Assembly (NCBI RefSeq): GCF_033153115.1
Contig: NW_026889783.1
Location: 4,340,001 to 4,404,000, forward strand
Length of the DNA: 64,000 nt
Origin: Saccostrea echinata
Taxonomy: Eukaryota
Direction of reading: 5' to 3'
A program made the position numbers and the translations under genes. Position 1 is the stretch's first letter, and every line of letters begins with the position of its first letter. Below are positions 1 to 12,300 of this stretch, one piece after another. Below the pieces are notes generated by a model, which made no database searches, was not told the DNA's origin, and saw only the letters and a program-made list of their open reading frames with translations.

Positions 1-297
1 CGTTATGGCAACTTATAGCGAAGGCTAAAATTTCTCAAATGCAAATCAAATATGTTGGTACCCAAAGTAAGGTCTTGTCTCTAGAAATATGCCAGTGAAA
101 TATGAAAGCCCCCGCAGCAACCATTGAATAGATACGGAGAAAGTTAAAGTTTTTCAAAAGTAAGTCAAACATCAAGGCAAGTCAAATGGTCAAAATTAAT
201 GGTGCCCCAGAAGAGGCCTTCTCAAAAGAAATATACACGTGAAATATGAAAGCCCTAGAACAACGTTCAAAAGTAATGGCCAAGGTTAAAATTTTTC

Positions 298-328
<31 letters not shown>

Positions 329-797
329 AAGGGTCAAAGTTGTTGGTATCCAAAGGAAGGTTTTGTCACAAGAATTACATGTGTGAAGTATGAAAGCCAT
401 ATATCCAACTAATCAAAAGTTATTGTCAATGTTAAAGTTTTTCAAAAGTAGGTCAAACTCCTAGGTGAAGGTCAAAGGGTCAAAGTAAGGTCTTGTCAAA
501 TGGATTACACATGTGAAGAATGAAAGCCATAGCACCAATTGGTCAAAAGTTATGGCCAAGGTTAAAGTTAAAATTTTGCAAAACTGGATCCAACTCCAAG
601 GTCAAATATGATGGTACCCAAAAAAAGGTCTAGTTAAAAGAAATACACATATGAAATATGAAAGAAATAGCTCCAACAAATCAAAAGTTATGGGCAATGT
701 TAAAGTTTTTGCAGAAAAACAGACAGACAGACGGACGGACAAGGCAAAAATTATATACCCTTTTTCTTCAATTCATCCTCGATTACGGGGGCATAAT
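1..797 (+). mobile_element. Non-autonomous Helentron-like (HINE) element with internal ~140-bp satellite, 3' part
   Basis: Diverged repeats of TGAAATATGAAAGCC...CAAGGTCAA, then an ACAG/ACGG microsatellite (718-740) and a terminal ...GGGGGCATAA. Confidence 0.65.
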
Positions 798-1029
798 TAA
801 TGAAAGTCTCAAAGATGCAAGATGGAAATATCACTAAGTCATGGTGTCAATTAGTTTAATTTGATCGTCGCATTTTAGTAACAAGGTCAGGTCAAGGTTA
901 TTATCTTTTCCATTGTTATCAAGAACTAAACATTACTGTTGCTAGATATCCAATGCCTACTTCTATTTCAAAAAAGATGAAATGTTTCATTTTTCGCATA
1001 AAAAGATAATACCACATAAAGTCCATCAG

Positions 1030-1390
1030 ATGTTATCAACAAGAATATCAACAGCCTCGTTTAATGTTATCATTTTGTAAGTTCTATGGTCGATACAATG
1101 ACCTTGTCAGCAAATACAATCTATCATTAAGTCATTTGCTGACGGCGTTTTTCATACGAATTGTTAGGTCATTATTTACACACTGAATTATCGATGGATT
1201 ATTCTGTTATTTACCGATCATGACAAGGAGCACACGGCGGGTGTAACCAGTCGGCAGGGGATGCTCACTCCTTCATGGCACCTGATCCCACCTATAATGT
1301 TTTTTTAGGTCCGTGTTTATTCTGCTCCCGATTTGTATTGTTTTGATGGACTTCGAGCTTGAATACTGTTTGTTATCTCCATATTTCATT
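1030..1390 (+). mobile_element. Retroelement 3' remnant (Penelope-like RT C-terminus plus tail)
   Basis: Translates QEYQQPRLMLSFCKFYGRYNDLVSKY, followed by GGCGGGTGTAACCAGTCGGCAGGGGATGCTCACTCC...GCACCTGATCCCACC. Family assignment is from memory. Confidence 0.5.
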
Positions 1391-1781
1391 ACCAAGCTGA
1401 GGCAGATAATTAATTGAAAATAAATATTTTATAATCCGAATTTCCTCTTTTTACCTTCATTTTTGGGAATGTTATTAAACTGTATATGCTATGTGTACAT
1501 GTATTGAAAATTTTCTCATTTTTATATATGGTAAAGTAGTAATATAAAGAAGCAAAATGATACAAATACAAATAAATTGACTATTAGATAAGACAGAAAA
1601 AGTTTAAGCTGATTCTCACTATTCAAAATCTGTTTTAAGTACATGTTGTTACTTTTCAAAAGCTAAGGACTAAAACATTGTAATTTGTTTAGAAAATTAT
1701 ATTTATTTTACATATTCTAAAACAAGTCTCCAATCATTAATTTCATTAACGTCAGAAAATCTTTGAATTCCCAAACAACTT

Positions 1782-1914
1782 TATATAAAAGGCATTTCAG
1801 CAAATATACTTTAAACTTTTCATTTAGTCAGAAACCAGATAAGAATAATTCCTTACAATAGTTGCAGAAAAATATAGATCGCCGGAGTTCACAAGTCGAG
1901 AAAAGATGGTAATA
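1782..1914 (+). promoter_or_regulatory. Candidate chitinase promoter and first exon (TATA box; exon ending in ATG)
   Basis: TATATAAAAGG at ~1782. aagATG|gtaata at 1906-1908 supplies the phase-0 Met needed in front of exon 9357 ([19 protein letters not shown]). Implies a 7.4-kb TE-filled first intron. Confidence 0.5.
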
Positions 1915-2299
1915 ATTTCTTATTTAAAGTGTCCATTAGGGCATCTAAATCATATTCATTATTTTTAATGCTTCATTCCCATCATACGTTTTAGTGAATG
2001 CTGGTACCCTACGTTTTATTCACTTTATTCAGACGTCAAATCGTCACTGGATCTTCCAAATAAATATTCTTCAAAGGAGGAGTCATAGGCTTTTCTGGAC
2101 AGCTAAGTGAGTTCCAAATATCCTCGTTGGACCAAGGCATGGTTCCCATCAGAAAGAACATCAGATAAGAAATTATGAAAGGTCGCTATGGAAGGCTACG
2201 AGAAAAGGAAAACGCATCCTAAATAAGCTAAGCGTGAAATCAAAAATACCCTCAACAGCGCGTATGAAACATTGATGGTGGAAATAAAGACAATGACGA

Positions 2300-3900
2300 T
2301 GCTGCAGCATGTGTCGTATGATTATTCTGGTACTTAATTAATCAGCAAAGACCAAAGAAAGATAAAATATACCCTGTAATTAGACACAGAAACCCCGTAG
2401 GAAGTTTTTGCTAACTATCTTTAGGAGATCTATCAACAATCAATTTGACGAAATTTTCTGCAGAACTACACAACATGAATATGAACAAATGAAAGCATTC
2501 ATCACAAATGGCATCGTACCAGGAGGCCCTATATTGAGTTCTGAAGTCTGAGAAACCGTCTCATCGCTAAAAAAAAAAAAAACACAGAAAACCCCAGTAG
2601 TAGACTTCATTCAAGCAGAGCATATTAAAACCGTTGGAAGCAAGCAGCACAATTATTTGCAATATATTCAATGCTGTTTTAGAGCTTAAATACGTACCGT
2701 AATAGTGTGGAGAATATCACTGTAACTATGCATAAAGGTGACAACAAACAAAAACAGCCCTCATAGTTATAGAACGATATGTGAACTGTTATGTAAAATT
2801 TTCAAGGTGTTTGAAAAAATAAATATCCACGATCGAAAACAATCATTTATTCTTTGTAATTAACATTTTCCCAATGTTCAACAGGATGGCTACCAAAAAA
2901 GTTTAAGTTGCACTACAGCATCATTTGCATTGCAAGAAAATATATACTACAATATAGAAAGCAAAAACAATGTATATACTGCTTTTTTGGACAGTCTATT
3001 GAAAGTTTCGACTCCTTGTAGAGAAAGGGTTTGATGGTTAAGTTGTATAAATTAGGGATCAACTGTAAATTATGGTCCATCATAGAAGTTTGTCGTATAG
3101 ATACACATAGTGCTATTATTAATGGATATGTGTCAAAGGTTTTGTGTAGAACAAGGAGTACAACAAGGGGGAGGGGCAGTTATCAGGTTTTTTGTATTCT
3201 GTTTTTATAAATGACCTGCTAAGCTTTGTTTGACACCTGCAGGTCTTCAGATGTTACTTAGTGTTACCTATGAATATTCTTGTAAATGGCGTTTCTCTTT
3301 TAGTGCAGAAAAATCAAATATTCTAATATTTAGATATATTGCAAAAAAATATTGCATGTTGGTGACAAAATCATACCAGAATCGAGTTAGTCTTTACCAA
3401 ACACTACCCGTGCCTTTGAAAAAGAAAGGAAATCCTACTTTGGAATAAATGTAAATATGCTCAAATAACCCCAGAATGTTAGTAAATATTTTATAAGAAA
3501 ATTGTCTTGCCTTCAGTATTATTCAGTTGTGAATTATGGAAAAAATTGAAAACAAAAGACTAACTGGAATATTTTGAATAGATTTCAATATTTTATTGTA
3601 AAAGACATAAAAAAAATTCCAAATATCAACTAGGTCGGCTATTTGCGAACGTATGCTCGGAATAAAACCAATACAGACTGAAATTGGCAAAAAAAAAAAA
3701 CTTTATTTCTTTGGAGAGTTTTGCTGCATTGATTGTGATCACCTTTCGAAACCAGTTTTTACCATACAGATGTTCAAATACTTTAACTACAACCAAACAT
3801 CAAAATTCGTATTATTTATTCGGAAATACTCCTTAAGAAGATTCCTTCACACTAACATAGCTAATGCCAGTTTCCACCCAAATATATTTTGAAGAACATT
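2300..3900 (+). mobile_element. Decayed non-LTR retrotransposon (RT pseudogene)
   Basis: Broken frames retain RT motifs: QQDGYQKSLSCTTASFALQENIYYN...VYTAFLD (~2880-2995) and GVQQGG..LSGFLYSVFINDLL (~3155-3220). Many stops and frameshifts; boundaries approximate. Confidence 0.75.
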
Positions 3901-5659
3901 GTATAACAAGTGTTTGGGTTAGGGTTAGGAGTAGGGTACAGGATAAAAACGAAAATGAACATGGATTTAAGTGAACATTTAGGTCAATGGGGATTAAAGG
4001 ATTAGGTGAAAGTAAAAGTCAGGGATAGGGGTTAGGGTTAGGAGTTGTAAAACAAGCCATTAAATTCCTACTACAATTCTTCATGGAAAGATTTAAGTCA
4101 TTCTGATCCAGATTTCGATGACTTCAAGTTACTTCATACAACTGTACATAAGGTCTCACTATGGACATAATTACTCTCAACAAAAGAAATGCAAGTAGAG
4201 TACATTGCAAACATGTAGACTCTAGTATCGGAGAAAGATACGTATCAGTTCATTATACGTTCGAAACCGTTTACAAAAAGTTTTCAGCATGTCATAGCGT
4301 CTTGTTCCGTTACTTCCAATGAAATAGGTGAACTTTTGTGTGAATTATCAATTGAATACAAAGTTGTTTATATAGATTTTATCACTTTAGGCGAGAAAAC
4401 TTTTTACTTATTTGTTCTCAGATTGTCCTCGATTAAGTGTTAAGCAAAGAGAAGTTCATGTTAAGTGTTTTTCATTGGTAGTTTTTAGTATAGCCACTTT
4501 CCCCGACATGATATGTTTATGATAAACACATGCTAAGATGATTGATGTTATAAAACTAAACATGACATGAAGGAGTGAACTGCTTGTATTTCTCTGCAAG
4601 TCTCATCTTCCTTTTCAATGTTTTTCTTCATATTTGGAATTGAAAACATGACATGAACATTCAAAATGTCATTAATTTACAAATCCTTCAAACTCTTGAT
4701 TTAAATATTCTTGATTGATTATATAAAAGATCTCACAATTTCCCACTACTCAGTTGAACTATATAGCAGCATGTACAATAAATCTGGCTTTTAAGCAAAT
4801 CTTTATTGGTAATTCTTGTTAACAAAACTCATTATTATATTAAGTTAGTAATTACATACTAAATTTATCATATAAGAACATAATGAAACAAATGATATTG
4901 TAAATGCTATCTTGTGATCTACTGAACATAAGGAGCTGTAACTGGGAAGAAAATCCAAGTATTTCTTTACGTGGTTATAAGGACCTTAAGCTTAAAAAAA
5001 TTGAAATAAAAAAAAAAGCTTCAAGATTTGAATGAACAGTTACCACTAAAATAGTAAGAACATACCCTAACAAAATACTTTAGTAAACAAAAGTTTACTA
5101 TAGTTAGCTATGATATCCTTATATAGTTTTAACTGTACTAAATCAAAGTATTTTCCAACGAAATTCAAATTGTTAATTTTCATTTTCTCATTCATATTCT
5201 TTCACGCTTACGTCTGATATTTAAAGGAAATATAAAATGTGTATTCCCATTGAGTTTCCAAAATTTACATAATTGGTATGGATTTTTTTCGAATAAACTT
5301 TTGGGGTAAAGTTTCATAGTTAATTAATGTATTCCACCCGTAACAGCCTTGAGCTCAGATTCAATAAAATTGAATGAACAACAGATATGTAAGGATATAT
5401 ATGGATTGTATACTCAATATATTTAGAAATAAATTCAATATTTTACTATTAGAATGTAAGAATAGAATGTGTCCTAATGAATGACCTTAACCTGTTCTTG
5501 AAGAGTTATCTCCTTGGAGTTGAATCAAGAAGCTACTTCGCAGTAGCTAAGTACTTTGTTACTACCTTGAAAATACGGATACATATTTAATTTATAATAA
5601 ATATATTATAATATACCGTATAAAAACTAATGAAAATGAAATCAAATCCGTAAAATGTA

Positions 5660-6200
5660 TACAAAACTTGAGTGCGTTTTTAGATGAAAACCTAAATTTC
5701 AAAGAACATGTAAACAGGAAATGTCGTACAACAATGTTAAATTATCTAAGGATTAAATGTGTTCGAAAATATTGAACAAAGGAACCTACGGAAATTTTGG
5801 TTTTATCATTAGTTATTTAATATTTAGACCATTGCAATGTTATTTTTTTTAGTACAGCACAATGCGAAATTCAGAATATATGTGCCAAGTTTGTATTAAA
5901 TAGGAGAGAATTTGACAGTTCGAAAGGAGCTCTCTTTGATCTCAACTGGCTAGTTATAAAATCTAAGATATCAGTGAAAATTCTGACATTTATGTATAAC
6001 TGTTCAGTGGGCCAAGCACGAGAATATTTAACTTAACTTTTGCCAAAACAAACTTCAAATAAAAAATTGCATAAAAGAAAAACTTTCAGTTTTAGTACCA
6101 TCGGACCAAATTTGTGGACACTTTTGCATATTAAGCAATCAAAATTTATTGATGATTTCAAAAACAACTTAAAAACTTACTTCTTTAGAGACTTTCATGC
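5660..6200 (+). mobile_element. L2/CR1-group LINE 3' remnant
   Basis: FLDENLNFKEHVNRKCRTTMLNYLRIKCVRKY*TKEPTEILVLSLVI*YLDHCN resembles the ORF2 region after RT; interrupted by stops. Confidence 0.65.
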
Positions 6201-7127
6201 TTTATTTTAATAATGACTCTACAATGTACATTTGTATACGTATATATCATATGTAAATATCTTACAGTTTTATTGCCATTGAATACGTTTATGTAAAAAT
6301 AGGCATTTAAACATAAAATCAGTTTCAGTAATTTCTGTGAAAAAAAAATAAAAAAAATAATTTCAAAATTAAGGATTTTCTCCCTCATGCATAGCTGTGA
6401 TCCTTCAACGTAATTGGCTCCAGTCTTTGGCACCCCCTTTTTTCAGCTCTTTCAAGTTTTTTTTATTATTTGAATTTTACGGATTTTCAACGTTTCGGCA
6501 TGAGCATCACTGAAGAGACATAATTTGTCGCATCTGGTGCATCAAAATTGGTACCGTATAAGACTTACATCCATTTTAATAAATCCGGAAATCTGGAAAA
6601 ATATCATTTTCAAGCTTTATTCTAATCCTAATGATTAAAGGCATCTATCCACCATAGCATTTATTGATATTCCTAGTATTTATATTTTTATTTTTAAAGA
6701 ATTTGTTTATCCTATAGATTTCAACGTATTCTTCTTTGATTAATTACTACTTACTAAATTACTTTAAAAAATATTTTGGTAATACTCTTCTTCCCCAAAA
6801 TACTTTAAATTAATACGGCTATATTTTATATGTAACGGATTCTTAATGATAGACAATGAAGTCCTATTAGGGGAACAAATCTAAGTATTAGTAGTAGCTA
6901 ACTATAATATCTATGAGATCTATCTATAATGCATCGTAGTTAAGTATAATATCTATAGTTAACTATAGTAATTCTTTGTTTGGGATCTATACAATCTATA
7001 TTCTAAGACGAATTCACGTTGTTTTTTAATATACAATTCACTTATTTTGTCTCGATATTAAACTTAATTTATGGTAACCGGCTACAGAAATATATGATAC
7101 GTAAAAAAAGAGAGATGTGGACCTTAA

Positions 7128-8847
7128 TAGCGATTCTCTGTAACCACTTAAACTTCTTTGCCACGCATGGTCACCGATTTTGATGAAACTTTGCCCATTA
7201 TTACAACTTGACACCAGAAACATATATCAAATAAAATTTCGTTGCTATGTGTCTTGGTTGCCATGGTAACAGCCAGAAAAGTTGGGGAAATTGAGATTTT
7301 CAGCTACTTTGAATCTTTATTAAGCGTTAATAAAGACTAAGAATAACAAACAAACCATTCTCACAAAAACCTGACACCTTGTTGCCACTTACGCTATAAA
7401 GAAACTATTTAGAATTTATCTCTAAGTAAGTGGTAACCATGGGTACATTTGGAATACATTTTAGATGCTGAAAAATGCAGAAAAACGCTCAATATTCACC
7501 AATGACAGGTTTTAAATGATCAAACTCGATCAACAACCTAAGAAAAAACAATAAAAATATTTGACCTTAAGTAATTAGGTATTGGCAATATTATTCTAAA
7601 AATAACTTTCATGGTTGCCATGGTGACACAGTGCTACCATGCAAAATGTGTTGCTAAGATTGGGTTAATGCTACTATCTTCAGGAAAAACAATAAATTTC
7701 ATGACTGGCACATATACATCCTTAGGACCTTGGAATACCGACAACATAAGAAAAATTGGGATTAATTGTTACGTTGCAGTGTAACCATGGAAACAATGTA
7801 CCAGTTGTTTAAAGTGATTTTTTTTGCTGCCTTAGGAATTTACTTATCTTTTATTCAAGAAACATATTATTTGACTCACCTTGAATAGTACTTATTTAGT
7901 AGAACTTAAGTTGAATATCATACATTGATAACATTTGTTGAAAAATACAACACTGTTGCTATGGTAACCAAGAAGGGAAAATGTTCAATTTTGTTAATTT
8001 CATATCAATATTAAACCCTATGTGCCAGCTTTTTGCATCCAGTTAGAGATTGCGTGGCAGTCAAAATTGAAAGTCAGGTTAGTTGTTCATAATTATCAAT
8101 CATAAAAGTTTTGGGAATCTACATACAAGGGTACGTATCCAAGGAAACAGAATATTTTTCAGATTTTTATGCATATTTTTTCGGCTTATTTCCATAGCAA
8201 CGCTCTATTTAAAGAATTGAATTTGAATTTTTTGAAATGTGAAAATTTGGGTCACATGAACGTCTTTAAAAATTGATCATTAGTTATATAGAAATATGCT
8301 TTTTAAAAAGATAGGATTAGATTTAAACACTAAGAGAGTGAATTCAAAATCCCTTTGTGGTATTAAAACCATGGCAACCATTGCCAACCTATAAGAAATA
8401 TCTTATTTCTTCCTTGGTATATGTTACAAGGATCTTTCGTCTATAATTTGCTTACATTTCAACCTATAACTTTTTTTTATTCTTAAATGTATAATTTTAT
8501 AAAATTAAATGGGCAAAATTATTACTTTTGAATACTTTGTTTCCATAGAAACGTATGTAATAGTTGAAATACCAAACATGTTTATCATGCATTTAAGACA
8601 TCAGGCCTTCTACTTTCAGAAACAATCATTGCCACTTATTTGCTTTGCTGCAAACGTTAACTGTGGGACTCTGAACATGTTGAAAAATGCCATTTTTCAA
8701 ACTTTAGGACATGTTGTCATGGTAACCATGACACATAGCAACCAATTTCTGTCTGATTTGAGTTTTCATAGAGAGTTTGGAGAAATTCAGAGACTATGCG
8801 TGCCACAGCTCCTATATAAATGTTCAAGTCGTTACAGAGAATGGCTC
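7128..8847. mobile_element. Non-autonomous TIR DNA transposon with TTAA target duplication (Kolobok/piggyBac-type target)
   Basis: TTAA at 7124-7127 and 8848-8851. Left end TAGCGATTCTCTGTAACCACTTAAAC matches the reverse complement of the right end (GAGCCATTCTCTGTAACGACTTGAAC). No credible transposase ORF. Confidence 0.7.
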
Positions 8848-9356
8848 TTAATGCTCACTTTAAAAAATGCATGTCTGTCTCTTTCTATCCCTTTATGTAA
8901 CCTGTATTAAGGACAACATACTGTCTATATGTTTGAAAAATTGTAGTCTTTTTTTATTTGGATGTCAGCATATTTCTGTTTAATTCTTAGATCCCTTTTC
9001 TGCTCCTTCAACCCAACCCTCAGGTTAAGGGTGAGGATCACGAGAAAGGTGGTCGTGATGACATCGATCCAATTGAAAAAAATGTTATTTTTATTTTGTT
9101 TATTCATATGTAAACTTTTAACTTAAACTGTGGTCCCATTTCTAAGATTATGATTTAGATAGATTAAAATCTGCCCAACGTGAAAGTAGATTTATCTTAA
9201 TAAAACTTCTCTCTTATATCAAGGAGACTGTAAAACATTTTCTTTAATTTGAGGTACACAGAAATTATCTGCAATGTTTTCTTTTCAACACACTCTAGCA
9301 AACATGTCTGGAAAAAAATACACATATGCAATTAAATTAAGATTTCTTTTCAACAG

Positions 9357-12300
9357 AAGAAGGTGGCGGTCTTAGGATTAATAGTCATCATATTTAGAGG
9401 TACACAATCATTTCTTTTTTCTAAAAGATTAATGTCTGAAATCACCAAGTAAGAGAGTACTACCTAATGATCCTTAAATATGAATTCTGTTCATGAGGAG
9501 GTATTTGTACATAAAAATTTTATACATTTTCAATTCAGTCGTACAACCATATAAACGAGTATGCTACTTCACCAACTGGGCACAATACAGAACTGCTCCT
9601 ATGACCTTCAAAGCGGATGATGTGGATCCTTTCCTCTGCACTCATATCATGTACGCTTTCGGTAAAGTCGTGGGCAACACAATCGATGCTTATGAGTGGA
9701 ACGACAAGGGCACCGGTGGTAAGTAACACGTCACCTAGGCCATTGTAGGTAGAATATAGATCATTTTCGGTAACGTGTCAGGTATTCAAGCTCTCGAGGC
9801 GACAAAAAAACACTGGTGCCTTGCTTGGATTCGTTTGTACTCACATGTTGGACTATTCTCAATGCAGGCCAATACGAGAAGATAATGAACCTGCGATCCG
9901 TGAACCCAGACCTCAAGATCCTGCTGGCCATAGGTGGATGGACTCACGGCACCGCGCCCTTCACTGCCGTGGTAGATGACCCCAATGACATGGCAGCTTT
10001 TGCAAACAACGCCTTGGCCTACTTAAAAACTTACGGATTCGACGGTCTGGATCTGGACTGGGAGTATCCGGGTGGTAATGGAAGCCCTCCAGAGGACAAA
10101 CAGCGTTTCACGTCTTTTGTGCAGGTCAGTATAACAAAAACTTCCGTTCCAGGGCAGCTGTATCAAGTCCACAGATCTTGCCACAAGGCTCCCACTATGT
10201 CTGTCTGCTCTTTCAGAAACTTCGCCAAGTGTTTGACGCTGATGGTGTAGCCAACAACCGCGCGCCTCTGTTACTGACGGCAGCTGTTGCAGCTGGCAAA
10301 AGTACAATCGACAAAGCCTATGAAATTGACCTCATCTCCAAGTAAGTTGCATTCTGGCTGTGCCGGGTGCCTGATTTGCCAAGTGCACTCATGAGTTATT
10401 TTATTTCTTCTTCTGTATTTCAGAGAGCTAGATTTCATCAACCTAATGAGCTACGATCTTCATGGAAGCTGGGAAGCAACCACCGGACATCACAGTGCGC
10501 TATTTGGCCGTGCCGGTGAAGTTGGAACTGCTGCATATATGAATGTGGTAGGTTTGTCAGTTCGGGTATGATTTCCTCGCTAATAGATCTTTTGAATGTA
10601 CTTGCCTCGCATCTTTCATTCATTATTTGCGCAGGATTACGCGGTGAACTACTGGATTAATCTCGGTGCACCTCCAGAAAAACTGGTTTTGGGAATGGGT
10701 TTGTATGGCAGATCCTTCACCCTCTCTAGTTCCAGTAATACAGGAGTAGGAGCGCCCGCCGTAGGAGCAGGAGCGGCTGGAACGTATACTGGAGAAGCAG
10801 GGTTGTTGGCCTATTACGAGGCATGTAACGTTTTCCAGTCATTTCAATTAAGAAGTCACTTTTGCTGATCTAACAATTTGAACTTGAATGATTATAGCAT
10901 TCGAAAAAAAAAAAAGAGTACTCATCATTTTTACTAAGATCGGATCAAATGTTGCAGGTGTGTTATAATTTGAAATACAATGGTTGGACAAGACAGTGGC
11001 ACGGTGAGCACAAGGTACCGTACGCGTATCACGGTACCCAGTGGATTGGATATGACGACACAGAGAGTTTCCAAGTAAAGGTAAGCTTAAAGGGGAGAAG
11101 TGTCTAGGCCTAAGCTCCGATACAGTTACACAACTTGCAATCCCACTGATGAATCTGGTCTGTCTAGACTATAATTTTCACTCGTCCTCTCGTTGATAGG
11201 TTGACTACATCAAGTCCAAAGGACTGGGTGGCGGTATGGTTTGGTCTCTTGATCAAGACGATTTCAGCAACAGCTGTGGCGATGGGGCGTATCCTCTGAT
11301 GAACTTATTGCGAAGTGAGCTGTCTGGATCACCTGTAGCTTCCACTCCTTTGCCACCATCATTGCATTCCTCCTCTCAAACTGTGCCATCCTCCTCCACT
11401 AGATTACCTACCACCATTCCCAGCACTGCAGTGTCGGGATACAAACGAGTATGTTACTTCACCAACTGGGCACAATACAGAACTGCTCCTATGACCTTCA
11501 AAGTGGATGATGTGGATCCTTTCCTCTGCACTCATATCATGTACGCTTTCGGTAAAGTCGTGGGCAACACAATCGATGCTTATGAGTGGAACGACAAGGG
11601 CACCGGTGGTAAGTAACACGTCACCTAGGCCATTGTAGGTAGAATATAGATCATTTTCGGTAACGTGTCAGGTATTCAAGCTCTCGAGGCGACAAAAAAA
11701 CACTGGTGCCTTGCTTGGATTCGTTTGTACTCACATGTTGGACTATTCTCAATGCAGGCCAATACGAGAAGATAATGAACCTGCGATCCGTGAACCCAGA
11801 CCTCAAGATCCTGCTGGCCATAGGTGGATGGACTCACGGCACCGCGCCCTTCACTGCCGTGGTAGATGACCCCAATGACATGGCAGCTTTTGCAAACAAC
11901 GCCTTGGCCTACTTAAAAACTTACGGATTCGACGGTCTGGATCTGGACTGGGAGTATCCGGGTGGTAATGGAAGCCCTCCAGAGGACAAACAGCGTTTCA
12001 CGTCTTTTGTGCAGGTCAGTATAACAAAAACTTCCGTTCCAGGGCAGCTGTATCAAGTCCACAGATCTTGCCACAAGGCTCCCACTATGTCTGTCTGCTC
12101 TTTCAGAAACTTCGCCAAGTGTTTGACGCTGATGGTGTAGCCAACAACCGCGCGCCTCTGTTACTGACGGCAGCTGTTGCAGCTGGCAAAAGTACAATCG
12201 ACAAAGCCTATGAAATTGACCTCATCTCCAAGTAAGTTGCATTCTGGCTGTGCCGGGTGCCTGATTTGCCAAGTGCACTCATGAGTTATTTTATTTCTTC

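Noticed and set aside
3915-4042. Telomeric (TTAGGG)n array
   Set aside because: Only two to three degenerate units in two patches; an interstitial low-complexity remnant.
11330-11450. Polyprotein cleaved at KR before each domain
   Set aside because: KR belongs to the conserved YKRVCY first strand of GH18; no RxxR furin-type site in the linker. Other proteolysis cannot be excluded.
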